A stretch of 64,000 nt of DNA from Atopobiaceae bacterium (GTDB taxonomy: Bacteria; Actinomycetota; Coriobacteriia; Coriobacteriales; Atopobiaceae): NCBI GenBank assembly GCA_051876355.1, contig JBJEHU010000006.1:94742-158741 (forward strand), written 5' to 3'. This document shows, in pieces, positions 18,265 to 27,910 of this stretch. Position numbers and translations under genes: made by a program. The notes beneath the pieces were generated by a model. That model was not told the DNA's origin and did no database searches. It saw only the letters and a program-made list of their open reading frames with translations. Each line of letters starts with the position of its first letter. Position 1 is the first letter of the stretch.

Positions 18265-19137
18265 ATGGCAACCAAGATCACCGCCGCCATGGTTAAGCAG
18301 CTCCGCGAGATGACCGACTCCCCGATGATGGAGTGCAAGAAGGCTCTCGTCGAGGCTGACGGCGACATCGACAAGGCCGTCGATGTCCTGCGCAAGATGG
18401 GCGTCGCCAAGGCCGTCAAGCGCGCTGGCCGTGACACGAACGAGGGCACCGTCGCTGCCTACATCTCTGAGGATGGCAAGAAGGCAGCTCTTCTCGAGCT
18501 CTCCTGCGAGACCGACTTCGTCGGCACGAACCCGAAGTTCGTCGGCTTCGCCACGAAGCTTGCTGGCGTCGTTGCAGAGAACAACCCTGCAGACGTCGAT
18601 GCTCTGAAGGCTCTTCCGATGGCTCAGACGACCGTCGCTGATGAGCTCACCGAGCAGATCCACCTCTTCGGCGAGAACATGAAGATCCTGCGCTTCGTCG
18701 CCCGCTCCACGGAGAATGGCGCCTTCGGCTCCTACATCCACAACGGCGGCAAGATCGGCGTCATCGTCGAGTTCTCCTTCACGAAGCCCGAGACCGGCGC
18801 AAGCGACGAGTTCAAGACGTTCGCTCACGACGTCGCTCTCCACGTCGCTGCCGTCAACCCGATCAGCGCTCGCCGCGAGGATGTCCCCGCAGAGACGATC
18901 GAGCACGAGATGAGCATCTACAAGGCACAGGCTGCCGAGTCCGGCAAGCCCGAGGCCATCCAGGAGCGCATCGCACAGGGCCGTATGGAGAAGTTCTACA
19001 AGGAGTCCGTCCTGACCGAGCAGGAGTTCGTCAAGAACCCCGACGTCACGGTCGGCCAGCTTGCAAGCCAGGTCTCCAAGTCCCTCGGCGACACGATCGA
19101 GATCGTGAAGTTCGACCGCTTCGAGTTCGGCGAGTAG
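18265..19137 (+). CDS. tsf: Translation elongation factor Ts
   Basis: ITAAMVKQLREMTDSPMMECKKAL is the UBA-like N-terminus. Follows rpsB. Confidence 0.95.
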   Translation: MATKITAAMVKQLREMTDSPMMECKKALVEADGDIDKAVDVLRKMGVAKAVKRAGRDTNEGTVAAYISEDGKKAALLELSCETDFVGTNPKFVGFATKLAGVVAENNPADVDALKALPMAQTTVADELTEQIHLFGENMKILRFVARSTENGAFGSYIHNGGKIGVIVEFSFTKPETGASDEFKTFAHDVALHVAAVNPISARREDVPAETIEHEMSIYKAQAAESGKPEAIQERIAQGRMEKFYKESVLTEQEFVKNPDVTVGQLASQVSKSLGDTIEIVKFDRFEFGE

Positions 19138-19147
19138 CCAACCTTTC

Positions 19148-19177
19148 AGAGCCGGCCTTCGGGCCGGCTCTTTTTTT
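19148..19177 (+). terminator. Intrinsic terminator of rpsB-tsf
   Basis: AGAGCCGGCC / GGCCGGCTCT stem with a TTCG loop, then seven T. Confidence 0.85.
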
Positions 19178-19227
19178 ATGGCGCGGGACCGCTGGGCCTA
19201 CTGGCGCCGTTCATATATGCGCCGCTT

Positions 19228-19236
19228 TGGTACAAT
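19228..19236 (+). promoter_or_regulatory. Extended -10 element (TGGTACAAT) upstream of pyrH
   Basis: TGnTACAAT match about 45 nt upstream of the pyrH start. No good -35 was seen. Confidence 0.3.
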
Positions 19237-19280
19237 CAGCAGATGACCTGCGTGCCAGTGGCGCGCTAAGGATGAGCTGA

Positions 19281-20015
19281 GTGGAGGATATCTTGTCCGG
19301 CTACAAATATAAGCGGGTGCTCCTCAAGCTTTCTGGCGAGGCCCTCATGGGCTCCCAGAGCTTCGGCATCGACCCCAAGGTAACGAACAGGCTCGCTGAA
19401 GAGATCAAGCCGATCTGGGAAGACGGCGAGGAGATTGCCATCGTGATCGGCGGAGGCAACATCTTCCGTGGACTTTCCGGTGCAGCGCAGGGCATGGACC
19501 GTGCCCAGGCAGACAACATGGGCATGCTTGCCACGGTCATCAACTGCCTGTCCCTGCAGGATACCTTCGAGCATCATGGCATGGACTGCCGCGTCATGAG
19601 CGCCCTCGAGATCCGCCAGGTCGCCGAGACCTATATCCGCCGCCGCGCCATCAGGCACCTCGAGAAGGGCCGCATCACGATCTTTGCAGCCGGCACGGGC
19701 AACCCGTACTTCACGACGGATACGGCAGCAGCGCTGCGCGCTTGCGAGATCAATGCCGAGGTCCTCATGAAGGCCACGAAGGTTGACGGCATCTACGACA
19801 AGGATCCTGTGAAGTATCCGGATGCCAAGAAGTACGATACCATCACGTATCTCGATGTCCTGACGAAGGATCTCAAGGTCATGGATGCGACGGCTACGGC
19901 GCTCTGCCATGACAACCACATGCCGATCCTCGTCTTCAACATCGAGACCCCAGGCGTCATCAAGAAAGCGCTGTGTGGTGAGCCGGTCGGCACCACCGTC
20001 GTAGAGGAGGCATAG
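19281..20015 (+). CDS. pyrH: UMP kinase
   Basis: [21 protein letters not shown] and [10 protein letters not shown]. The start is GTG 19281 or the in-frame TTG 12 nt downstream. Confidence 0.95.
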   Translation: MEDILSGYKYKRVLLKLSGEALMGSQSFGIDPKVTNRLAEEIKPIWEDGEEIAIVIGGGNIFRGLSGAAQGMDRAQADNMGMLATVINCLSLQDTFEHHGMDCRVMSALEIRQVAETYIRRRAIRHLEKGRITIFAAGTGNPYFTTDTAAALRACEINAEVLMKATKVDGIYDKDPVKYPDAKKYDTITYLDVLTKDLKVMDATATALCHDNHMPILVFNIETPGVIKKALCGEPVGTTVVEEA

Positions 20016-20017
20016 CT

Positions 20018-20563
20018 GTGAGCGAGATCACCGATTACGCAAAGAGCCATATGGAGAAATGCCTGAAGGCACTCCAGGACAACTTCTCCCGTGTCCGCAC
20101 AGGCAGGGCAAATCCCCATGTGCTGGATGACATCATGGTCGACTACTACGGCCAGAAGACGCCTGTGACGCAGCTTGCCGGCGTCAAGGTCCCCGAGGCG
20201 GCCATGCTCGTTGTCGAGCCGTGGGACAAGTCGTCCCTCCGCTCGATCGAGAAGGCCATCGAGGCATCCGACCTCGGCATCACCCCGTCGAATGACGGCA
20301 TGTGCATCCGCCTGCCGTTCCCGCAGCCGACGGAGGAGCGCCGCAAGGAGCTCGTCCGCGAGTGCCAGAAGTACGCCGAGGAGGCCAAGGTCTCCATCCG
20401 CAACGTCCGCCGCGATGCGAACGAGAAGGCGGAGAAGGACGATGACTACTCCGAGGACGACGTCAAGCGCGAGAAGAAGGCCATCCAGAAGCTCACGGAC
20501 ACGTACGTGGACAAGGTAGCCGCCATGCTCAAGACCAAGACTGCCGAAGTGATGGAGATCTAG
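20018..20563 (+). CDS. frr: Ribosome recycling factor
   Basis: 181 aa. RTGRANPHVLD and SIRNVRRDANE motifs. Confidence 0.95.
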   Translation: MSEITDYAKSHMEKCLKALQDNFSRVRTGRANPHVLDDIMVDYYGQKTPVTQLAGVKVPEAAMLVVEPWDKSSLRSIEKAIEASDLGITPSNDGMCIRLPFPQPTEERRKELVRECQKYAEEAKVSIRNVRRDANEKAEKDDDYSEDDVKREKKAIQKLTDTYVDKVAAMLKTKTAEVMEI

Positions 20564-21349
20564 GTGCAGATCGATTCAGAAAAGCTCGAAGCCTACTACG
20601 CGGATGCGCCGGACGATATCGCCCTTTCCGATATCGATCTTGCGCGCATCCCGCGCCATGTCTCCATCATCATGGACGGCAACGGCCGCTGGGCGAAGGC
20701 ACGCGGCCTCGACCGCTCCGAAGGCCATGTTGCAGGCGTCGCGTCCCTCAGGGAAGCTGTCACGACGAGCGTGAGGCTCGGCCTCGACGTGCTCTCTGTC
20801 TATGCGTTCTCGACCGAGAACTGGAAGCGTCCGCAGCATGAGGTGGATCTCCTCATGCATCTCTTTGCGACGACGCTCGTGAAAGAGCTTCCGCTCTTCC
20901 ACCAGGAGAACGTGAAGCTCCAGTTCCTCGGCGATATCGAGTCGCTTCCGGAGGAGACGCGCGATGTCTTCCAGGAGGGCCTCGACGAGACAGCCGACCA
21001 TACAGGCATGGTGTTCGCGCTGGCCGTGAACTATGGTGCGCGCAAAGAGATTGTGCGTGCAGCGAAGCAGCTCGCAGCCGATGCTGCCGCAGGGAAGATC
21101 TCTCCCGACGATATCGACGAGGATATGTTCTCCTCGCATCTCTATACGGCAGGGCTTCCCGACCCCGACCTTCTGATCAGGACCTCCGGCGAGCTCAGGC
21201 TTTCGAACTATCTGCTCTGGCAGCTTGCCTATACCGAATTCTATGCAACCGATGTCTTCTGGCCCGACTTCACGCGCTGGGACTTCCTGCGTGCTGTCCG
21301 CTCGTTCCAGGGGAGGAACAGACGCTTCGGAGGGGTCCAGAACGCATGA
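20564..21349 (+). CDS. uppS: Isoprenyl transferase (undecaprenyl-diphosphate synthase family)
   Basis: HVSIIMDGNGRWA, AFSTENWKRP and RTSGELRLSNYLLWQLAYTEFY. Confidence 0.9.
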   Translation: MQIDSEKLEAYYADAPDDIALSDIDLARIPRHVSIIMDGNGRWAKARGLDRSEGHVAGVASLREAVTTSVRLGLDVLSVYAFSTENWKRPQHEVDLLMHLFATTLVKELPLFHQENVKLQFLGDIESLPEETRDVFQEGLDETADHTGMVFALAVNYGARKEIVRAAKQLAADAAAGKISPDDIDEDMFSSHLYTAGLPDPDLLIRTSGELRLSNYLLWQLAYTEFYATDVFWPDFTRWDFLRAVRSFQGRNRRFGGVQNA

Positions 21350-22296
21350 GCGGACATGAGGGAGACAGGGAGCCGATAGAGGAGAGCCGCGGCCTCGACC
21401 GCGGCATCGATTCGCTCGAGCGCAAGAGGCAGGCGAAGGAGCCGGCGCGTATCGCAGGGACGCTCCGCGGCCAGAAAGTGCGCCTCGGCACGGAGAAGCT
21501 CCTGACGAGGACGACATCCGGCATCATCTATGTGATCGTCGTTCTCGCGGGCCTCTTCATCGGTCCGCATGCGACGATGATCCTTGTGGCTGGCATGGCA
21601 TGGCTGTGCTGCTCCGAGTTCTTCCGCATGTGCCGCATGGCCGGCAGGATGCCGAACGAGGCTATCGGCCTTGGCGCGGCCGTGCTGTTCCCGATGGCAG
21701 CCCAGTTCAACGGCTACCAGTCGCTCATCGCTCTTCTAATCATCCTCTGCTTCGCCGTGGCGGGCTGGTATGTCGTGACGCCGCGTGCGAACATCGCCGA
21801 TGTCGCGACGACGATCTTCGGACCGATCTATACGAGCTTCCTCTTCGCGAGCGTCGTCCTGATCAGGAATGCAGACCCCGGCTTCGAAGGCGCGCTTCTT
21901 GCCTTCGGCGTCATGGGCTCCATCTGGGCCAATGATGCAATGGCGTATCTCGTCGGATCGAGGATCGGCCGCCACAAGATGGCGCCGCGCATCTCGCCGC
22001 ACAAGTCCTGGGAAGGCTTTGCTGGCGGCATGTGCGCATCGCTCATCATCTGGCTCCTGATTGCCGCGCTCCATGTCTGCGGCGTCACCTGGCCGCTTGC
22101 GCTGGCAGGAGGCCTTCTCTCAGGCATTGGCGGCGTCGTCGGCGACCTCTTCGAATCCCGCATCAAGCGCGGTGTCGGCGTCAAGGACTCCGGCAACATC
22201 ATGCCGGGCCACGGCGGACTTCTCGACCGCTCCGATTCGATGCTCTTCGGCGCTACGGCTGCCTATTTCATACTTTTCCTAGGAGGAATCCTTTGA
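21346..22296 (+). CDS. cdsA: Phosphatidate cytidylyltransferase
   Basis: Polytopic membrane protein carrying the CDS signature SRIKRGVGVKDSGNIMPGHGGLLDRSDS. ATGA overlap with uppS. Confidence 0.85.
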   Translation: MSGHEGDREPIEESRGLDRGIDSLERKRQAKEPARIAGTLRGQKVRLGTEKLLTRTTSGIIYVIVVLAGLFIGPHATMILVAGMAWLCCSEFFRMCRMAGRMPNEAIGLGAAVLFPMAAQFNGYQSLIALLIILCFAVAGWYVVTPRANIADVATTIFGPIYTSFLFASVVLIRNADPGFEGALLAFGVMGSIWANDAMAYLVGSRIGRHKMAPRISPHKSWEGFAGGMCASLIIWLLIAALHVCGVTWPLALAGGLLSGIGGVVGDLFESRIKRGVGVKDSGNIMPGHGGLLDRSDSMLFGATAAYFILFLGGIL

Positions 22297-22304
22297 GCTT
22301 GCCT

Positions 22305-23495
22305 ATGACTTCTGAGACGGCCTGTGTGCCCGAAGGAAGGAAGCTGCGCCTTGCGGTGCTCGGAGCATCGGGCTCCATCGGCACGCAGACGCTCGATGTC
22401 GTCCGCCATCACCGGGACAAGGCCGAGATCGTCTGCCTCTCCGTCCACACGAGGACCGATGTGGCAGCTGCAGCGGCGAAGGAATTCGGCTGCCGTCTCA
22501 TTGCCGTGACCAATCCTGCGCACGCCCATGATGCAGCGCTCGAGGACCTGCCGAAAGGCACGAAGGTGCTTGTCGGTCCCGAGGCTCTGGTGGAGCTTGC
22601 GACGATGGATACGGTCGACTGCGTCGTCTCTGCCGTCGTCGGCTTTGCCGGCATCGAGTCGAGCTATGCAGCTGCCAAGGCCGGAAAGCGCCTTGCCTAT
22701 GCAAACAAGGAATCCATCGTCGTCGGCGGCGACCTCATCATGCCGCTGCTCGCGCCTGGCCAGCTCGTGCCGGTCGACTCCGAGCATTCTGCCATCTTCC
22801 AGTGCCTCCAGGGCGAAGAGCCGGGCACGATCCAGACGATCTGGCTCACCTGCTCGGGCGGCCCGTTCTACGGTATGGACCGTACGCGCCTGCGCGAGGT
22901 GACCGTGGCCGATGCCCTGGCACATCCGACCTGGTCCATGGGATCGAAGATCACGATCGACTCTGCGACCCTCATGAACAAGGGCCTTGAGGTCATCGAG
23001 GCCTGCCGACTCTTCGATGTGGACGAGTCGCAGGTGCATGTCCTCATCCAGCGCCAGAGCCGCATCCACTCGATGGTGGAGTTCGTCGATGGCTCCGTGA
23101 AGGCGCAGCTGGGTGCCTCCGACATGAGGAGCTGCATCCGTTATGCCCTGAGCTATCCTGGCCGCTGGAGCGCTCCCGAGGCGGAGCGCGTCTCGTGGGG
23201 CGAGGAGCAGCCGCTCACGTTCGGCGAGGCAGATATGCAGACTTTCGGGTGCCTTGCCCTCGCGCGAGAGGCATATCGCCGCGGGGGTACGCTTCCCTGT
23301 GTCATGAATGCAGCGAACGAAGTGGCAAATGCTGCATTCCGTCACGGCTCCTGCGGATTCCTCGATATCGAGGATACGGTCCGCGCCGTGATGGAGGGTG
23401 CGGTGGCAGAGCCTGTCGAGAGTGTCGAGCAGCTCGAGGAGGTCGACGCCTGCGCCCGTGCCGCTAGCCGGAGCTATCTCGGGAGGAGGCGCTAG
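22305..23495 (+). CDS. dxr: 1-deoxy-D-xylulose 5-phosphate reductoisomerase
   Basis: LGASGSIGTQTLDV, DSEHSAIFQCL and NKGLEVIEA. The track ORF (22032) is over-extended through cdsA. ATG 22305 or TTG 22299 is the plausible start. Confidence 0.95.
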   Translation: MTSETACVPEGRKLRLAVLGASGSIGTQTLDVVRHHRDKAEIVCLSVHTRTDVAAAAAKEFGCRLIAVTNPAHAHDAALEDLPKGTKVLVGPEALVELATMDTVDCVVSAVVGFAGIESSYAAAKAGKRLAYANKESIVVGGDLIMPLLAPGQLVPVDSEHSAIFQCLQGEEPGTIQTIWLTCSGGPFYGMDRTRLREVTVADALAHPTWSMGSKITIDSATLMNKGLEVIEACRLFDVDESQVHVLIQRQSRIHSMVEFVDGSVKAQLGASDMRSCIRYALSYPGRWSAPEAERVSWGEEQPLTFGEADMQTFGCLALAREAYRRGGTLPCVMNAANEVANAAFRHGSCGFLDIEDTVRAVMEGAVAEPVESVEQLEEVDACARAASRSYLGRRR

Positions 23496-23496
23496 C

Positions 23497-24870
23497 ATGA
23501 GCGCCGCATCTGCTGTCTTCTGGGGGCTTGTGACCCTCTCGTTCCTTGTCTTCATCCATGAAGGCGGGCATTTCCTTGCTGCACGTGCGTGCGGCATGCG
23601 CGTGACCGAGTTCTATCTCGGCATGCCCTGCCGCTTCAAGATCTTCCGCAAGAGCCGCCGCTATGGCACGGAGGTCGGCGTAACGCCGATTCTCCTCGGC
23701 GGCTATACGCGCATCTGCGGCATGGACGGCCAGCCGGATCCGCGCATCGCCGACATGCTGTGGCTCGTGCAGGAGAAGGGGCGCATCAGCGCTGCCGATG
23801 CTGCTGCAGAGCTTGGCTGCTCTGAAGACGATGCCTATACGATGCTTGCGATGCTCGTCGACTGGGCATCGATCGAACCCTATTTCAACCCGGAGCTCGG
23901 CGAGAAGCCGGGACAGCGCGACTGGCCCGAGGCGTTCCAGACCGTGAAGCGCGATGCGAAGTTCCTTACGGAATATGACCGCGAGAGCGACTTCACGATG
24001 GCAGGCGCCTCAGAAGCAGGGGAGGCAAGGCTTCCCCAAGGCGATGCCCAGAGCTTCTGCGCAAGCGAGATGAAGCACACCTATGCCGGCCATGGGTTCT
24101 GGGCTCGGATCTTCACGCTCTTTGCCGGGCCGCTCGTGAACCTCGTCTTTGCCCTCCTTGTGGTGATGGCAGGCCTCTCGATAGCCGGCGTGACGGTCAG
24201 CGTGAACGAGAACACGATCGGACAGGTCGTCTCAGGCTCTCTGGCTGATGCCTCGGGCCTCGAGGCAGGAGATACGGTCGAGGCCGTGAACGGGACTGCC
24301 GTCACGGACTGGCAGAGCCTCGTCTCGGCGCTGCAGCCGTGCCTTGCTGACGGCTCCGACTTCACGCTCGAGATCTCGCGCGATGGAGCTGAGCAGACGC
24401 TCTACGTCGACCAGGACGAAAGCTCACCGTCAACGACTCTAGGCATTGTCGCTCCGACCCAGACCGTGCATCTGAGCCTTGCAGACTCCTTCAAGGCTTC
24501 GATCTCCTATGCGCAGCAGGTGGCAGACGCTGCCCTCTCGCTCATCCGTCCGTCCCAGACGATGCAGGTCCTGAACGAGTCCACCTCCGTCATGGGCATC
24601 TCGGTCATGGCATCAGAGGCGGCATCTCAGGGTGCATGGGAGCTCATGCTGTTCATGGCAATGATCTCGATGTCGCTTGGCTTCATGAACCTGCTCCCGA
24701 TTCCGCCGCTCGACGGCGGCAAGATCGTGATCGAGATCGGCCAGAAGATCTGCCGGAAGAACCTTCCGCAGAAGGCACAGATCGGCATCTCCTATGCAGG
24801 CCTTGCCTTCTTCCTGTTCGTGTTCGTCTTTGTCCTGAGAAATGACATCCTGAGATTCGTAGTGGGGTAG
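23497..24870 (+). CDS. RseP/RasP-type M50 site-2 zinc metalloprotease with PDZ domain
   Basis: HEGGHFLAA in TM1, a PDZ-like segment (GLEAGDTVEAVNG) and NLLPIPPLDGG. GGGAGGAGG RBS before ATG 23497. Confidence 0.85.
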   Translation: MSAASAVFWGLVTLSFLVFIHEGGHFLAARACGMRVTEFYLGMPCRFKIFRKSRRYGTEVGVTPILLGGYTRICGMDGQPDPRIADMLWLVQEKGRISAADAAAELGCSEDDAYTMLAMLVDWASIEPYFNPELGEKPGQRDWPEAFQTVKRDAKFLTEYDRESDFTMAGASEAGEARLPQGDAQSFCASEMKHTYAGHGFWARIFTLFAGPLVNLVFALLVVMAGLSIAGVTVSVNENTIGQVVSGSLADASGLEAGDTVEAVNGTAVTDWQSLVSALQPCLADGSDFTLEISRDGAEQTLYVDQDESSPSTTLGIVAPTQTVHLSLADSFKASISYAQQVADAALSLIRPSQTMQVLNESTSVMGISVMASEAASQGAWELMLFMAMISMSLGFMNLLPIPPLDGGKIVIEIGQKICRKNLPQKAQIGISYAGLAFFLFVFVFVLRNDILRFVVG

Positions 24871-24878
24871 ATGAGGCA

Positions 24879-25967
24879 ATGAGCGAAGAAGCAGCACGTA
24901 CGAGGACCCGTCAGGTCCATGTGGGAAAGGTCCCGGTCGGTGGAGGCGCACCCGTCTCCGTTCAGTCGATGTGCACGACGAAAACGGACAATCCCGAAGC
25001 GACGCTTGCACAGATCAAGAGCCTCGCGAGCGAAGGATGCGAAATCATCCGTGTCGCGATTCCCAATGCATCGTGCCTCGATGGCTTCGAGGAGATCTGC
25101 GCGAAGTCTCCGCTTCCGGTAATTGCAGATATCCACTTCGACCACAAGCTCGCAATCGAGGCAGCAAAGCGCGGCGCTGCCGCCTTCCGCATCAATCCGG
25201 GCAATATCGGCTCCTGGGAGCGGGTCGATGCCTGCATCGAAGCAGCAGGGGAGTCGGGCATCCCGATCCGCATCGGCGTCAATGCCGGCTCTCTCGACCC
25301 GAAGGTCGATGCCGACGAGAAGCTGACGCTTCCCGAAAAGCTTGTGGCTTCCTCGGTCTCGTTCGTCGAGCACTTCGAGGACCGCGGATTCGAGGATATC
25401 GTCCTCTCTGCAAAGGCCCATGATGTGCCGACGACGCTTGCGACATACCGTGCGCTCTCGCGCGAGCTGCCGGAGATTCCGCTGCATGTCGGCGTGACCG
25501 AGGCAGGCACGCTCAGGCAGGGCACCGTGAAGAACTCGGTCGGTGTCGGCATACTTCTCGAGGAGGGCATAGGAGATACGATCCGCCTGTCGCTCACGGC
25601 TGAGCCCGAAGAGGAGGTGCGCGTTGCCTGGGAGCTCCTGCAGGCTCTTGGCATGCGCCGTCTCCATCCCGAGCTCGTGAGCTGCCCGACATGCGGACGC
25701 TGCCAGGTGAACCTCATCGGCCTTGCCGACGAGGTGGAGAAGCGCCTCTCGAAGATCGAGGCGCCGATCTCTGTCGCTGTCATGGGCTGCATCGTGAATG
25801 GTCCGGGCGAGGCGAAGAGCTGCGACATCGGCATTGCATCCGGCAAGGGGCAGGGGCTTCTCTTCCTCGAAGGAAAGCCGCTCAAGAAGGTTCCCGAAGA
25901 CCAGATGGTCGATGCGCTCTTCGAAGAGATCGAGGAACGCTTCCCCGAAGCAAAAGAGAGCAGATAG
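24879..25967 (+). CDS. ispG: 4-hydroxy-3-methylbut-2-en-1-yl diphosphate synthase
   Basis: VQSMCTTKT, RINPGNIG, and the Fe-S cysteines SCPTCGRC and GCIVNGPGE. Confidence 0.95.
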   Translation: MSEEAARTRTRQVHVGKVPVGGGAPVSVQSMCTTKTDNPEATLAQIKSLASEGCEIIRVAIPNASCLDGFEEICAKSPLPVIADIHFDHKLAIEAAKRGAAAFRINPGNIGSWERVDACIEAAGESGIPIRIGVNAGSLDPKVDADEKLTLPEKLVASSVSFVEHFEDRGFEDIVLSAKAHDVPTTLATYRALSRELPEIPLHVGVTEAGTLRQGTVKNSVGVGILLEEGIGDTIRLSLTAEPEEEVRVAWELLQALGMRRLHPELVSCPTCGRCQVNLIGLADEVEKRLSKIEAPISVAVMGCIVNGPGEAKSCDIGIASGKGQGLLFLEGKPLKKVPEDQMVDALFEEIEERFPEAKESR

Positions 25968-25978
25968 ATTCGTTTCCC

Positions 25979-26008
25979 AGGGAGGCTCCGCGAGGAGTCT
26001 CCCTTTCT
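25979..26008 (+). terminator. Probable terminator after ispG
   Basis: AGGGAGGCTCC / GGAGTCTCCCT stem (one G-U pair), GCGA loop, then TTCT. Confidence 0.5.
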
Positions 26009-26128
26009 GCATGCGTGCTGCTGCTTCTGCGACAAGCATTGCACGGCTTCCAGGCAGCCCAAAAGGCTTAGAATGATTCACGTATGTGTGGGATGCCGAA
26101 AGGACATGCATTGAATACCTACAAGCTC

Positions 26129-27826
26129 ATGAGCAATCTCTATGCGCCGACCCTCAAGGAAGACCCGACGGAGGCCGTGCTTGCCAGCCACAAGCTGCTG
26201 CTTCGTGCCGGCATGATCCGCCGTGGCTCGGTCGGCCTCTATTCCTATCTGCCGCTTGCCTGGAGATCGATTCTGAAGATCGAGAACATCATCCGCGACG
26301 AGATGGACAAGATCGACTGCCAGGAGATGATGACGCCGATCCTGACCGACGCCGAGCTCTGGCGCAAGAGCGGCCGCTGGAATGCCTATGGCCCCGAGCT
26401 CATGCGTCTCAAGGACCGCTATGGCCACGAGTATGCGCTGGGCCCCACGCATGAGGAGACCTATACCGATCTCGTGACGAACGAGCTCAAGAGCTACAAG
26501 CAGCTGCCTGTCATGCTCTACCACATCCAGGACAAGTTCCGCGATGAGCGCAGGCCGCGCTTTGGCCTCATGCGCTCCCGAGAGTTCATCATGAAGGATG
26601 CCTACTCGTTCTCCGCGAACGTCGAGTCCATGCGCGAGTGCTACGAAGAGCAGAAGGAAGCCTATGCAAGCTTCTGCCGCCGTGTCGGCCTCAAGGCGCT
26701 TCCGGTCGTGGCCGACTCCGGCCAGATCGGTGGCGACACGTCCGTCGAGTTCATGGCGCTCGCTGACGCCGGCGAAGCCGAGATCTGCTACTGCGATGCC
26801 TGCGGCTTTGCAGCGGATACCGAGGCGGCAACGGCGAAGATCAACCTCGTCGAAGGCGAGGCGGGAGAGCTCGAGAAGGTCTCGACGCCGGGCTGCGGCA
26901 CGATTGCCGATCTCGCTGCCTTCCTCAAGGTCCCTGAGGCAGGCACCCGCAAGGCCCTTGCACTCGTCGACGGCGAGAAGCGCCCGGTCGTCGTGTTCGT
27001 GCCGGGAGACCATGACCTCAACGAGGTGAAGGCGGGCCATGTCTTCGGCGAGTATCACATGATGACCGACGAGGAGCTCAAGGAATACGGCCTCGTGAAG
27101 GGCTTCATCGGCCCGATCGGCCTGCCAGAGAATGTCGTCGTCTATGCGGATGAGACGCTCAAGGATTCCGAATGGTGGGCTTGCGGCGCAAACGAGGAGG
27201 GCTACCACTATCTCCACGCAAAGCAGGGCCGCGACTTCGAGATCTCGAACTGGGCAGATCTCATCACGGCCAAGGAGGGCGACATCTGCCCGCACTGCGG
27301 AGCGCCGCTCCAGATTGCCCGCGGCATCGAGGTCGGCCAGGTCTTCCAGCTTGGCACGAAGTACTCCGAGACCATGGGTGCCACGTTCACTGATGAGGAC
27401 GGCACGGAGAAGCCGTTCCAAATGGGCTGCTACGGCATCGGCGTCGGCAGGACGCTTCAGGCCATCGTCGAGCAGCACCACGACGAGCACGGCATCATCT
27501 GGCCGGTGAGTGTCGCTCCGTACGAGGTGGAGATCGTGCCGCTCGATACGCATGACGACCTTGTGTGGCCGATCGCGAAGAAGCTCGCAGGCGAGCTCGT
27601 CGAGCGCGGCATCGAGGTCATCGTCGACGATCGCAAGGAGCGCCCGGGCGTCAAGTTCAACGAGGCGGATCTCTTCGGCTTCCCGTACCAGGTCGTCTGC
27701 GGCAAGCGCGGCATCAAGAACGGCGTCGTCGAGATCAAGGAGCGCGCAACCGGCGAGCGCCACGAGGTCGCTATCGACGATGCGGCCGACGAGCTTGTCG
27801 ATGTTATCGTCTCGAAGCGCGCCTAA
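26129..27826 (+). CDS. proS: Proline--tRNA ligase (bacterial type with editing domain)
   Basis: PTLKEDPTEAVLASHKLLLRAGMIR, FRDERRPRFGLMRSREF and GCYGIGVGR. The start is uncertain (GTG 26084, ATG 26093 or ATG 26129); 26129 gives the best N-terminal match to known ProS. Confidence 0.9.
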   Translation: MSNLYAPTLKEDPTEAVLASHKLLLRAGMIRRGSVGLYSYLPLAWRSILKIENIIRDEMDKIDCQEMMTPILTDAELWRKSGRWNAYGPELMRLKDRYGHEYALGPTHEETYTDLVTNELKSYKQLPVMLYHIQDKFRDERRPRFGLMRSREFIMKDAYSFSANVESMRECYEEQKEAYASFCRRVGLKALPVVADSGQIGGDTSVEFMALADAGEAEICYCDACGFAADTEAATAKINLVEGEAGELEKVSTPGCGTIADLAAFLKVPEAGTRKALALVDGEKRPVVVFVPGDHDLNEVKAGHVFGEYHMMTDEELKEYGLVKGFIGPIGLPENVVVYADETLKDSEWWACGANEEGYHYLHAKQGRDFEISNWADLITAKEGDICPHCGAPLQIARGIEVGQVFQLGTKYSETMGATFTDEDGTEKPFQMGCYGIGVGRTLQAIVEQHHDEHGIIWPVSVAPYEVEIVPLDTHDDLVWPIAKKLAGELVERGIEVIVDDRKERPGVKFNEADLFGFPYQVVCGKRGIKNGVVEIKERATGERHEVAIDDAADELVDVIVSKRA

Positions 27827-27847
27827 GCCAAAGGCACCGTGACATCG

Positions 27848-27887
27848 AAAGGCGCCCAGAAGCGGATGGAAGCTTCTGGGCGCCTTT
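27848..27887. terminator. Bidirectional hairpin between the convergent proS and membrane-protein genes
   Basis: Perfect 16-bp stem AAAGGCGCCCAGAAGC / GCTTCTGGGCGCCTTT with an 8-nt loop. Confidence 0.8.
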
Positions 27888-27910
27888 GCGTACGTATATC
27901 TGAGGCAGAG

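Noticed and set aside
22032-23495. Over-extended N-termini in the ORF track. Examples are dxr from 22032, plsY from 39605, the second ABC exporter from 48780, glyQ from 5501, rpsB from 17345, the RseP-type protease from 23398 and the permease from 59888.
   Set aside because: The extensions overlap the preceding gene in another frame and are Arg/Pro/Ser-rich nonsense. Internal ATG/GTG codons with Shine-Dalgarno sequences reproduce the conserved N-termini.
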